From positions 1 to 37,809 of the IMG/VR virus record IMGVR_UViG_2602041644_000008: DNA of 37,809 nt; one strand, written 5' to 3'. Positions 1 to 8,357 of the stretch are shown one piece after another. The translations under genes were made by a program, and so were the position numbers. The notes beneath the pieces were generated by a model. That model searched no databases and was not told where the DNA came from. It was given only the letters and a program-made list of their open reading frames with translations. Source of the stretch: a virus. Its lineage: Duplodnaviria; Heunggongvirae; Uroviricota; Caudoviricetes. Each line of letters begins with the position of its first letter. Within the stretch, counting starts at the first letter, position 1.

Positions 1-516
1 ATGAAATTTAAAAAATGTCTTCTGCCTGTGGCAATGTTAGCGTCATTCACTCTGGCAGGATGCCAGTCAAATGCTGATGATCATGCCGCCGATGTTTATC
101 AAACCGATCAACTGAATACCAAACAAGAAACTAAAACCGTTAATATTATTTCCATTCTTCCCGCAAAAGTTGCCGTAGACAACTCCCAAAATAAACGGAA
201 CGCACAAGCCTTCGGCGCGCTTATTGGTGCAGTCGCTGGCGGTGTAATCGGCCACAACGTGGGGTCTGGCAGCAATTCCGGAACGACGGCAGGTGCAGTT
301 GGCGGCGGAGCTGTTGGCGCGGCAGCGGGTTCTATGGTGAATGATAAAACCTTAGTGGAAGGTGTTTCTCTAACGTATAAGGAAGGCACCAAAGTGTATA
401 CCTCTACCCAGGTGGGTAAAGAGTGCCAGTTTACGACAGGTTTAGCCGTTGTTATTACCACGACGTATAACGAAACGCGTATTCAGCCAAATACGAAATG
501 TCCTGAAAAGAGCTAA
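1..516 (+). CDS. Host outer-membrane lipoprotein with glycine-zipper (YcfJ/SlyB-like) domain
   Basis: Signal peptide with lipobox (LAGC); Gly/Ala-rich zipper segment GAVAGGVIGHNVGSG typical of 17-kDa surface antigen/YcfJ-like lipoproteins; lies outside the phage gene block. Confidence 0.6.
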   Translation: MKFKKCLLPVAMLASFTLAGCQSNADDHAADVYQTDQLNTKQETKTVNIISILPAKVAVDNSQNKRNAQAFGALIGAVAGGVIGHNVGSGSNSGTTAGAVGGGAVGAAAGSMVNDKTLVEGVSLTYKEGTKVYTSTQVGKECQFTTGLAVVITTTYNETRIQPNTKCPEKS

Positions 517-531
517 TGATCAGGAGGAGTC

Positions 532-1071
532 ATGAAGAAAGTTTTTCTTTGCGCCATCTTAACCTCCTTAAGCTATCCGGCTATCGCCTCATCATTGCAG
601 GATCAACTCTCTGCTGTCGCAGAAGCGGAACAGCAAGGTAAAAATGAAGAGCAAAGGCAGCATGACGAATGGGTCGCGGAGCGCAACAGGGAAATCCAGC
701 AAGAGAAGCAACGTCGCGCAAACGCCCAGGCCGCCGCTAACAAAAGAGCGGCAACGGCAGCGGCAAATAAGAAAGCTCGTCAGGATAAACTGGACGCCGA
801 AGCCACTGCGGACAAAAAACGCGATCAAAGTTATGAAGATGAGCTACGCAGCTTAGAGATTCAGAAACAAAAACTGGCGCTGGCGAAAGAAGAAGCCCGC
901 GTTAAGCGAGAAAACGAATTTATCGATCAGGAACTGAAGCACAAAGCTGCGCAAACCGATGTGGTGCAATCTGAAGCTGACGCAAACAGGAATATGACTG
1001 AGGGCGGTCGCGATCTGATGAAAAGCGTGGGCAAAGCAGAAGAGAACAAATCGGACAGCTGGTTTAATTAA
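532..1071 (+). CDS. Host secreted coiled-coil protein of unknown function
   Basis: RBS AGGAGG 7 nt upstream; N-terminal signal peptide; charged Ala/Lys/Glu/Gln-rich coiled-coil body; followed by a strong terminator. Confidence 0.55.
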   Translation: MKKVFLCAILTSLSYPAIASSLQDQLSAVAEAEQQGKNEEQRQHDEWVAERNREIQQEKQRRANAQAAANKRAATAAANKKARQDKLDAEATADKKRDQSYEDELRSLEIQKQKLALAKEEARVKRENEFIDQELKHKAAQTDVVQSEADANRNMTEGGRDLMKSVGKAEENKSDSWFN

Positions 1072-1110
1072 TCGATGTAAGTAACTTCAAGCCTATAATT
1101 CTTGAAGATA

Positions 1111-1142
1111 AAAAACCCTCTGTAGTAACAGAGGGTTTTGTT
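1111..1142. terminator. Bidirectional rho-independent terminator at the host/prophage boundary
   Basis: Stem CCCTCTG/CAGAGGG (1116-1122/1129-1135), loop TAGTAA, flanked by A5 upstream and T4 downstream. Confidence 0.6.
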
Positions 1143-1267
1143 CATTCATAGTGCAGGGATCAAAATCATTCCCACTCAATTATTTACGATACACATAAAC
1201 AATTGACTGATAACAACTTTCTTCCACATGATTTTCACCGTACCGTTTTATATACCGTCACCGGAAA

Positions 1268-1765
1268 TCAGTGCCACGATTTTTGCTTCTTCAGTGAATC
1301 GTATTGCTGTTCGCAGGATTCTCCTGCAATCCGATACTTTTCAGCCTCAGCTGCTGTTGCGTTGTAAACTCGGTTGCTTTCTTCAAGCATGTCGGCGAGC
1401 ACACCGATGACCTTGCTGGCTGGCGTGCCAGTGGGGAAAGATCCGGTATAGTGTTCGGCGAGTCGCTTGGTTTTGTCAAGCTCGGCGCGCAGGCTGTCAG
1501 CAGCGGCATTAGCATGCTCAGCATCAACACGCGCCACATCGATACGGGATTGTGCTTCACGTTCAATTTGTGTTTTCTCCTGATCACGTTGTGACCTGGC
1601 CTTATCATCAGCCTGTTTCTGATCTTCCTGTGCCTGCGCATACCCGGCGTCGTACTGACGACTGCCGTGTGCATTCCAGGCTACAACTCCTGATATGACC
1701 AGAACAGCAAGCATCGCCATGATAACCAACTGTTTCCAGTATGCTTTTGCGAATGCCCAGATCAT
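1268..1765 (-). CDS. Rz-like i-spanin
   Basis: Immediately downstream of the endolysin, overlapping its stop; N-terminal TM helix then charged coiled-coil periplasmic domain; typical size. Confidence 0.6.
   Translation of the reverse strand: MIWAFAKAYWKQLVIMAMLAVLVISGVVAWNAHGSRQYDAGYAQAQEDQKQADDKARSQRDQEKTQIEREAQSRIDVARVDAEHANAAADSLRAELDKTKRLAEHYTGSFPTGTPASKVIGVLADMLEESNRVYNATAAEAEKYRIAGESCEQQYDSLKKQKSWH
1291..1539 (-). CDS. Rz1-like o-spanin embedded in the Rz +1 frame
   Basis: Alternative frame inside Rz encodes [17 protein letters not shown] (lipobox LLTAC) followed by a Pro-rich peptide; exact start codon uncertain (candidates 1539, 1524, 1509). Confidence 0.35.
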   Translation of the reverse strand: MWRVLMLSMLMPLLTACAPSLTKPSDSPNTIPDLSPLARQPARSSVCSPTCLKKATEFTTQQQLRLKSIGLQENPANSNTIH

Positions 1766-2391
1766 ACCGCCAGCACCTTACTGGCAGTGATGTATCGCGC
1801 GCGCCGGTCATCAATGCCGTTCCGGCCACCATTGATAAGCAGAGTTACACGTGCAATATCTCCGGTATACTTCATGCAGCCTTTGCTGGAGAAGAACCAG
1901 GCCGCGCTACGAGCCGCGTATTCGTCCTGTGCCAGCAGTTCAGGATTCTCCAGCAGGTCAACTTTCAGACCGTTTCCGCAGTCACGATAGTTATTCAAAC
2001 CGGTAATCTGGATAAGCCCGCGCCCACGGTAATTCCAGCCATCGCCGGGAGCATTGTTACCCATGCGTTTGCTGTATACCAGATTTGCGATCGCGCGCTG
2101 GCGCTCAAGTGGCAATGGTGGTTCACCAGCGCGGCGCCCCAGTGCATTAGCCTGTCCCTGGGTGAGGCGTCCAGTCCGGACAAAGCTTGCCAGTCCGGTA
2201 ACGCTGTAGTTGAAATTCTCCTGCAACCTAGTGAACCCCCCAGACTCATGCCCAACTTGAGCAATAAACATTGCCTGATCTTCTGCTTTGCTGATACCAA
2301 ACTCTTTCATCGCAGAAGTTATATGCGAGAACCAGCGAGCGGCCAGCGCCTCGCTAATACCAGCAGCTCGCTGGAATTGTTTAATCTCCAT
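1762..2391 (-). CDS. Endolysin, glycoside hydrolase family 19 (chitinase-like)
   Basis: Motifs [12 protein letters not shown] and [12 protein letters not shown] characteristic of GH19 phage endolysins; 209 aa; between holin-like genes and Rz. Confidence 0.8.
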   Translation of the reverse strand: MEIKQFQRAAGISEALAARWFSHITSAMKEFGISKAEDQAMFIAQVGHESGGFTRLQENFNYSVTGLASFVRTGRLTQGQANALGRRAGEPPLPLERQRAIANLVYSKRMGNNAPGDGWNYRGRGLIQITGLNNYRDCGNGLKVDLLENPELLAQDEYAARSAAWFFSSKGCMKYTGDIARVTLLINGGRNGIDDRRARYITASKVLAV

Positions 2392-2689
2392 GTTTAGACC
2401 TCGTTATTTTGAAAATCTGAACGACGTTACCGCGCGTTTTAATAACCGCAGCAAGCATGACAGCGTTGATAATGACCTCAGATAAATCCACAGCCATTGG
2501 CGTGCGTAACCAGATTGCATAGACGACACGAACTGGAATACTGGCTGCAGCAACAATCAGGAAATAAGCAAGCCATCCCCCCCATCTTCGGTGTTGTGAA
2601 CCGTTACGCCGGAAAGTGACAACGCGAATTGCTATGCCAGTACAAATAACTGCATTGGTGATAAGCAAAAAAAACTCATGCGTTACCAT
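2381..2689 (-). CDS. Putative holin/antiholin-like membrane protein
   Basis: 102 aa, two to three hydrophobic helices; directly upstream of and overlapping the endolysin start. Confidence 0.4.
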   Translation of the reverse strand: MVTHEFFLLITNAVICTGIAIRVVTFRRNGSQHRRWGGWLAYFLIVAAASIPVRVVYAIWLRTPMAVDLSEVIINAVMLAAVIKTRGNVVQIFKITRSKHGD

Positions 2690-3080
2690 CGTCTTTTCTC
2701 CCCGGAATTAACTCGCGTGGATTATCGGAACGGTGATAGAGCCAGATGCCAATTCGTACTGCGACGATTGCTGACACAAATGCGCCAGCAGAGAAAACAA
2801 TCCCTTTCTCGAAAGAGTCCTGCGTGATGGTAGGTATCAGGCTGGCTATGCCGATAAGAATTGATGCTGCTGGTTTGTAGAAAAGAAGTCCGCAGAGAAA
2901 ACTAAGCATCGACAAGAGTACGCGACGACGAATTGGGTACTCTACCGCAGAGGTAACAAAAATTACCGCGCCAGCCAAAGCTCCCAAAGCAACCTCAGGA
3001 GGCACTCCTGCTATCACCGCCGCCAGAGAACTCATGCTAAGCCACTGATTTAATGTTTCACTGGTTAGTTGAGCTGACAT
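2676..3080 (-). CDS. Putative holin-like membrane protein
   Basis: About 134 aa from the ATG at 3080 (SD GGTGG upstream); three hydrophobic segments; first gene of the lysis cassette. Confidence 0.4.
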   Translation of the reverse strand: MSAQLTSETLNQWLSMSSLAAVIAGVPPEVALGALAGAVIFVTSAVEYPIRRRVLLSMLSFLCGLLFYKPAASILIGIASLIPTITQDSFEKGIVFSAGAFVSAIVAVRIGIWLYHRSDNPRELIPGRKDDGNA

Positions 3081-3301
3081 ATTTTCCACCATTTATATGC
3101 ATAACGACCCCCTAAATAGTAAAACATCATGCATGATAAACCATTTGTGGTTTTTTGTTACCCTGACATCGTCAATCCCCTGCCTTTGATGTCGATAATA
3201 AGGCTCGCCTTTTACATAACTCTGAACAGATTGCAGTACAGAAATGATTTAAAATATAGAGGCTTAGTTGAATTCCGCGCCATCAAATGGCGCGGTAGCA
3301 G

Positions 3302-3586
3302 TCAAATATAGAAATAAACACCAAAACAAACAGTAACAGGAACAACAAAGTCAAACAGGCTTCCAACATCCCATACGCGCGGATCAAAACCGCCCCACCA
3401 CGGCATGTTCATACGCTTGCCATGCCCGAACATTTCAATCCAGCGATATTCTGCCTGGGTGTGTTCACGCGCAATGAAGAACGTACAACCAGCTATCGCT
3501 CCATAAGCCCAGTTTCCGGTAAAAAGGCCAATCAGTACCTGCGAAGCCACAGCACAAAACGCATGAAGGAAAGGTGTTATATCCAT
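3302..3586 (-). CDS. Small integral membrane protein of unknown function
   Basis: Start at 3586 has a good SD (AGGAG, 5-nt spacer); 94 aa with hydrophobic helices; sits between tailspike and lysis cassette. Confidence 0.4.
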   Translation of the reverse strand: MDITPFLHAFCAVASQVLIGLFTGNWAYGAIAGCTFFIAREHTQAEYRWIEMFGHGKRMNMPWWGGFDPRVWDVGSLFDFVVPVTVCFGVYFYI

Positions 3587-3620
3587 TATCGCTCCTTTAA
3601 CATAAGGATAAATAAACACT

Positions 3621-5936
3621 TCATAAAATAGATTTCGTCTTTGTAACAATAATATCTACAAAATCACCTGCAGATATAGCTGATGGTACTGTATCTGCAA
3701 GAGTAATCTTTTCTGAAGAGATGTTTTGCACATCTAATAATTTATTTTCAACCCCATCCGTATATACCAATTTGACATCACTGAATGGAGGGTAATAAGT
3801 GACTGTTCCTTGGTATACATATATTTCAATGCCTGAAATTGATTTCACTACATACCTGCCCCTTACAAGATTAATTTTGAGTTCAGATAAATCGGTTTTA
3901 TAACAGGTAATTCCTGAACCAATGTTAGCCATACTAATATCAGTATCACTATAATAAGTAATTGCTTTTCCTTGTTTTAAGGTGAAGTTATCTTTGCTTT
4001 TCCTTGGCAAGGATGTGCTATTTTTGTAATATCTACCAGTTAAGCATAGCCATGAAAATGCAGTATTCGCTACATTACCACCAGAATACACAGCTAAACG
4101 AATTGCACTAACTGGAACCCCTTCATTATTAATCCTGATCTTAATGGAAGAAATGTTAGCAACAGTAGCATATCTATGGTTAGATGAATCCCATTGCATA
4201 GAAGAAGTTATTGCTTCTGTTTGTGAAGTTATGACATTCCCATCTCCATCTAATGCATACAGGTAAATGCGAAACGATGCCGTATCTGCTGAGAATGTAA
4301 ACATATCACCATTTCTTACTGGTACATCTCCAGATTCCCATAACAACCCAAAATTCCGCATAAAAGCAAACTTAGAAGAAACTAGGTGACGGATATTATA
4401 TAAACCATCTACATCTGTTTGATATGCTAATACACCAACTTCTCCATTGTTGGCACTGGATATAAATGGGGTGTTAGCATTTAAAGAAAACAATGTTACT
4501 TCATCGGATATATTTTCCTGAACATGAAATACTGCATTCCCCTTGCCATTATCAGTTACCTCTACATAAGTGTAAGGTGATGGATTGTATGGTTCATTTG
4601 TATAGTAAGGAGAACTTAACCATGAAGCCTCAATTGAGTTATTCCACGTATATTCACCAAAGTTAATTATCAACTGTTGGTTAGTTGGGGATGATGGATA
4701 TCGTTCAAAACGAAACCCGTAGAAGTAATTGTTATCACCTCTTTGAATATCAATTTTACCTGCCCCCTCCATAGTTCCACCATAAAACTTATTGTGGTTA
4801 TGATGATATGGATTATCAGCGAAAATTATATTATTCGTACGATTCAGATAAAAATAGTTTTCATTTATCCATCCGTTCTCAACTCCAAGAAAATGAATTG
4901 TATCGACCTTTTTCAGGTTAAAGGTTGAGTATGCTATTGAATAATCCGTCGATGCCACCGAAGCATTATAATTTGCATATAACTGTAAGTAGTCGCAACG
5001 CTCAATGTTTATATGCTGCCCTTTTGCCCCGATAATACGAATATCCGGTGTCGTTTCAGATGAAATACCAGAATTTCTGATAATCGTTCCGAAGTTTTGT
5101 CTTGGGTTGTTAGGGTTTGATGCATTCCCGCCAAGCAATACCCCTATTCCTGAGTGGGATATGGTAAAAACAGCATTGGTCATTTCGAGGCTGACATTAC
5201 GAAGATTTAATGTCTCCGTAATAATAAAATTACCTTCCGCTCGTAATGTTCTGGATGATTCTCGTGCATATTCTGCAGCCAGGATCAATGCAGATGTATC
5301 ATCTGTTATACCATCGCCTTTTGCCCCAAAATCGCAAACACTAACGGTGTCTCTCATCTTATCCTGGAACGTTCGGTATACTGCTCCAGAACCATACTGA
5401 ATAAACCAACCAAAACCACCAACAACCCCGGCGATTGCAGCATCGACATAATTACGCATTGAGCGATTATTTACAGCGTCCTGCTCAAGTGATGGATCTG
5501 CAAGGTTAGAAATTTTGTTTTGCTTTGCATCGTAATATTTTGCAAGCAAAGATGGTTTCATCAATGCACGTCTGAACCACCCAAAACATTGCTGGATCAG
5601 CATCGTCAGGTAGTCAAAAGCATCTTCATGCACTTCGGGGAAAAATTTTCCCTGATTGCGAAGATCTGTCTCCTGCACTACATCAAGCACACGATCTATC
5701 GTAATTCGCCAGCCAGCAGCAAGCGGAGACGGCAGAACCACTGAACCGCCACTATAAGTGCCCGCCCCAGTTACCGTATAACCGGTATCCAGAACCAATT
5801 CTGTTACGTTCCCGTTCAGGTCAGACACCTGAACAACCAGGTCTGATTTTCTGAAAATTCGAAAAGTATACGGAAACGATGTCGTAACGCCGTTACCTGT
5901 GTATTCGTTGTGGTCAACTTCGGTTGAGACCGTCAT
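3621..5936 (-). CDS. Tailspike protein with beta-helix (pectate-lyase-like) depolymerase domain
   Basis: N-terminus (YTGNGVTTSFPYTFRIF) resembles podovirus tail-fiber/tailspike particle-attachment domains; central motif CDFGAKGDGITDDTSAL is the hallmark of pectate_lyase_3 tailspikes; markedly AT-rich. Confidence 0.8.
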   Translation of the reverse strand: MTVSTEVDHNEYTGNGVTTSFPYTFRIFRKSDLVVQVSDLNGNVTELVLDTGYTVTGAGTYSGGSVVLPSPLAAGWRITIDRVLDVVQETDLRNQGKFFPEVHEDAFDYLTMLIQQCFGWFRRALMKPSLLAKYYDAKQNKISNLADPSLEQDAVNNRSMRNYVDAAIAGVVGGFGWFIQYGSGAVYRTFQDKMRDTVSVCDFGAKGDGITDDTSALILAAEYARESSRTLRAEGNFIITETLNLRNVSLEMTNAVFTISHSGIGVLLGGNASNPNNPRQNFGTIIRNSGISSETTPDIRIIGAKGQHINIERCDYLQLYANYNASVASTDYSIAYSTFNLKKVDTIHFLGVENGWINENYFYLNRTNNIIFADNPYHHNHNKFYGGTMEGAGKIDIQRGDNNYFYGFRFERYPSSPTNQQLIINFGEYTWNNSIEASWLSSPYYTNEPYNPSPYTYVEVTDNGKGNAVFHVQENISDEVTLFSLNANTPFISSANNGEVGVLAYQTDVDGLYNIRHLVSSKFAFMRNFGLLWESGDVPVRNGDMFTFSADTASFRIYLYALDGDGNVITSQTEAITSSMQWDSSNHRYATVANISSIKIRINNEGVPVSAIRLAVYSGGNVANTAFSWLCLTGRYYKNSTSLPRKSKDNFTLKQGKAITYYSDTDISMANIGSGITCYKTDLSELKINLVRGRYVVKSISGIEIYVYQGTVTYYPPFSDVKLVYTDGVENKLLDVQNISSEKITLADTVPSAISAGDFVDIIVTKTKSIL

Positions 5937-6040
5937 GTTAAATCTCCAGATAGTCGCAGCACCCGTTGCGCCGCATATCTGGTTATTCTATTACCCAAAA
6001 AACCATATATGGATAGAAAGACTGTGAATATGAATAGATA

Positions 6041-6055
6041 TTACCTTTCAGGTAA
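6041..6055. promoter_or_regulatory. Operator-like palindrome TTACC-TTTCA-GGTAA (copy 1 of 13)
   Basis: Perfect inverted repeat with A/T flanks, intergenic between the tailspike start and the small antirepressor-domain gene. Confidence 0.6.
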
Positions 6056-6092
6056 TTTGCAAAACGTGCTGGATAGCAAACAAATTATTTGC

Positions 6093-6112
6093 TACTGTAT
6101 AAATATACAGTT
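6093..6112. promoter_or_regulatory. LexA (SOS) box
   Basis: TACTGTATAAATATACAGTT versus consensus TACTGTATATATATACAGTA (CTGT-N8-ACAG intact); 21 bp upstream of the ATG at 6133. Confidence 0.65.
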
Positions 6113-6132
6113 ATTGCATGGAGAAGATTAAG

Positions 6133-6390
6133 ATGCAGCAGTATCACTATCCACTGGAAGACGGATTTACCGAAAGGATTCACACGCCGGGAGGCGTCAG
6201 GTCACTGGTGGAGGGATCGCACTTGATGAAATTACTCCGGGATCTCGATAAGGATGGATTTAATGTCGATGGCCCACTTGCCGAACTGACTGCACTGATT
6301 AACTACGTCACCAGCTCACAGATGTCTATGCAGGATCTGCAAACACATCTCGACTATTGTGCCGAACAATTACGAAAACAAACCACATAA
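6133..6390 (+). CDS. Stand-alone antirepressor C-terminal domain protein (candidate SOS-induced antirepressor)
   Basis: SD GGAG upstream of the ATG at 6133; 85 aa; clearly alignable with the C-terminal ~80 aa of the BRO-N antirepressor at 7536-8228 (IHTPGGV..LMKLL..DG..V.GPLAELT...Y......L.DLQTH). Confidence 0.55.
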   Translation: MQQYHYPLEDGFTERIHTPGGVRSLVEGSHLMKLLRDLDKDGFNVDGPLAELTALINYVTSSQMSMQDLQTHLDYCAEQLRKQTT

Positions 6391-6396
6391 AGAAAA

Positions 6397-6412
6397 GGCC
6401 GCTAGAGCGGCC
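6397..6412. terminator. Bidirectional terminator between convergent genes
   Basis: GGCCGC-TAGA-GCGGCC hairpin with T-rich flanks on both strands; overlaps the stop of the minus-strand gene. Confidence 0.5.
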
Positions 6413-7140
6413 TATCGTTTCGCTTTGTGCTCGTCCCAGCACGTTTTGCACCATGCCATTAAGCCATCCGCATTTTGATTATTAGGGTAAAAGCTGGTTC
6501 GTTTTCTGCGGACATTACAAATTGGGCACCACTTCATATGGCGTGTATTCTTTGGACCATCGAGACACCTTGCACACCACTTAGTCAATCCATCTGGATT
6601 TTTTGACGATTTCCTGAATTTTTCATATGGAAGGTTTATTCTGCATCGCAAGCACTGCTTGCTACCACTTGAAACTCTGTTAGCTGATTCTTCTTTTGGC
6701 GGCGATACAGAAGGTATTCTTGCTGGCTCTGATACTGCCTGAGGTGCTTTTTTAGATGACTGAGACGATATGTCATCACCAGGGAATCGTCCATGATATG
6801 CCGGACGCGTTGACACTCCAGGTGGAAGCTCTGCTGTAAATGGCTTTGGCTGAATCAGTTGCCTCTCTTTTGCTAACTCCTGCTGTTTATAATATGTCTG
6901 GATTACCGCACTATCATAAGCAGGAGGTGCGGAAATATTAGGCGCATTACCTCCAGTTTTTTGAAACTGAGTAGAGGTGTGTTCTATCACCTGTGTACGA
7001 TTAATCGTTATCTCCCCATCTTCGGTCTTTATCGTTTTGTTATGATTAACGACCGTACGATCAGAGATCTTAGTCTTGTTCTGGTTGATAACATAAATAA
7101 TCACCGCAACCACACCAACAACTATCCAGAAAACTTCCAT
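6412..7140 (-). CDS. Membrane-anchored protein with two C-terminal zinc-ribbon-like repeats
   Basis: N-terminal TM helix, Pro/Ser-rich linker, then two repeats of C-x2-C ... DGL-x3-WC-x2-C; AT-rich gene; no family recognised. Confidence 0.5.
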   Translation of the reverse strand: MEVFWIVVGVVAVIIYVINQNKTKISDRTVVNHNKTIKTEDGEITINRTQVIEHTSTQFQKTGGNAPNISAPPAYDSAVIQTYYKQQELAKERQLIQPKPFTAELPPGVSTRPAYHGRFPGDDISSQSSKKAPQAVSEPARIPSVSPPKEESANRVSSGSKQCLRCRINLPYEKFRKSSKNPDGLTKWCARCLDGPKNTRHMKWCPICNVRRKRTSFYPNNQNADGLMAWCKTCWDEHKAKR

Positions 7141-7160
7141 TGCTTTTCCTCACAATAACA

Positions 7161-7175
7161 TTACCTTAAAGGTAA
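7161..7175. promoter_or_regulatory. Operator-like palindrome TTACC-TTAAA-GGTAA (copy 2)
   Basis: Perfect inverted repeat 21 bp upstream of the minus-strand gene start (7140). Confidence 0.6.
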
Positions 7176-7253
7176 TATCTTGCTTTCAGGTGATCAAGCG
7201 TTAAACGCAATCAACCAAATAAGGTTGATTTTAATATTTCTTCGCGTTTATCA

Positions 7254-7268
7254 TTACCTTTTAGGTAA
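7254..7268. promoter_or_regulatory. Operator-like palindrome TTACC-TTTTA-GGTAA (copy 3)
   Basis: Perfect inverted repeat at the start of the structured leader upstream of the antirepressor. Confidence 0.6.
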
Positions 7269-7535
7269 ATTTACATCGCACTCCTCTTGTGCCATAGTAA
7301 TTGGGCACTGGCAAAATCCAGTGCCGGGATTGGTCTCCCGGATTACTACAGAGGCACATATGCCGCATAAGCGGTTTTTTTATGTGTAAAGCGCACCTAT
7401 TCTATGGTGAGCTGTGTGGGGGCACCGAAAGGTGCGCCGGGTTCCTTTGTAGCCGGTAAGACCAACTCTGCACAGTTCACCACCATCTGATTGGTCTCAG
7501 CGGTGGTGATTAACCTAACTACAAAGGTGATCGCC

Positions 7536-8228
7536 ATGAATACCAAACCTTCCATCTTTTCCTTTGAGTCATCCTGCCAGATCCGTATGTTCATGATTGA
7601 CGGAGAACCTTGGTTTGTCACCAAAGATGTGTGCAATGCTTTGAATATTGATGTTACACAAGCGAGAAAACTTGATAAAAAAGGCTGGAACAAAAAGGGG
7701 CTGTATTCAATACAGACCCCTGGTGGAATACAAGAACTATCCATCGTTTCAGAATCAGGTCTCTACATCCTTATTCTGCGTTGCAAAGAGGCAATGACAG
7801 AGGGAACGAGAGCGTTCAGATTTCTTGAATGGGTTACAGGTGAGGTTCTTCCTCAGATCCGCCGCACCGGAAGTTACATTAAAAACTCGCTCCCGCAGGA
7901 AGAACGCATAAAGATGGTTGCCGACCAGGTAGCCAACGCCACAGCATCAGCAATGATGCAGGCAATGAAGATAGAGAACAAAACCTACAGTGCCCCACTG
8001 AAGCCCGGCTACCGTAGCCTGATTCATTCTCCGTCTGGTGTTCTCGGCCTGACGGAGAACTCACTGCTGATGAATCTGCTGAACCAGTTACAGGAAGACG
8101 GGCACGATGTATCGGGCGCGGCGGCGGAGCTGACCACCATGTTCTGCTACATCGTCGGTGTGAGCAAATGCCTGCGTGATATCCAGACCCACGCGGAGTA
8201 CATCAACGACAAAGCAGGATTCTTCTGA
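7536..8228 (+). CDS. Antirepressor with N-terminal BRO-N domain and C-terminal antirepressor domain
   Basis: SD AAGGTGA before the ATG at 7536; N-terminal region (IRMFMIDGEPWFVTKDVCNAL ... GLYILILRCKEA ... FRFLEWV) matches the BRO-N fold pattern; C-terminal domain paralogous to the small gene at 6133-6390. Confidence 0.65.
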   Translation: MNTKPSIFSFESSCQIRMFMIDGEPWFVTKDVCNALNIDVTQARKLDKKGWNKKGLYSIQTPGGIQELSIVSESGLYILILRCKEAMTEGTRAFRFLEWVTGEVLPQIRRTGSYIKNSLPQEERIKMVADQVANATASAMMQAMKIENKTYSAPLKPGYRSLIHSPSGVLGLTENSLLMNLLNQLQEDGHDVSGAAAELTTMFCYIVGVSKCLRDIQTHAEYINDKAGFF

Positions 8229-8236
8229 CGGGCGGC

Positions 8237-8258
8237 GGCACAGGGATGTGCCTTTAAA
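8237..8258 (+). terminator. Putative terminator downstream of the antirepressor
   Basis: GGCACA-GGGA-TGTGCC hairpin followed by TTTAAATAATT. Confidence 0.4.
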
Positions 8259-8300
8259 TAATTCTGTACAGATTGCAGACCGGGGGTGAATAGCGTACTA

Positions 8301-8315
8301 TTACCTTAAAGGTAA
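8301..8315. promoter_or_regulatory. Operator-like palindrome TTACC-TTAAA-GGTAA (copy 4) with adjacent promoter
   Basis: Perfect inverted repeat directly after a candidate -35 TTGCAG / 17 bp / -10 TACTAT; 43 bp upstream of the 8358 cassette. Confidence 0.6.
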
Positions 8316-8357
8316 ACCTGTTTTTATTTTATACCTGTAACTTACCGGAGATTAAAG

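Noticed and set aside
1741-2397. 218-aa plus-strand ORF
   Set aside because: Entirely antisense to the well-supported GH19 endolysin gene; no RBS and an unlikely composition.
7180-7744. ORFs 7180-7389 (+) and 7397-7744 (-) in the antirepressor leader
   Set aside because: No RBS; they overlap strong RNA secondary structure and the antirepressor start; better explained as a structured leader.
8262-8277. CTGTACAGATTGCAGA as a second LexA box
   Set aside because: The ACAG half-site is not at the required 8-nt spacing; only the 6093-6112 site fits CTGT-N8-ACAG.
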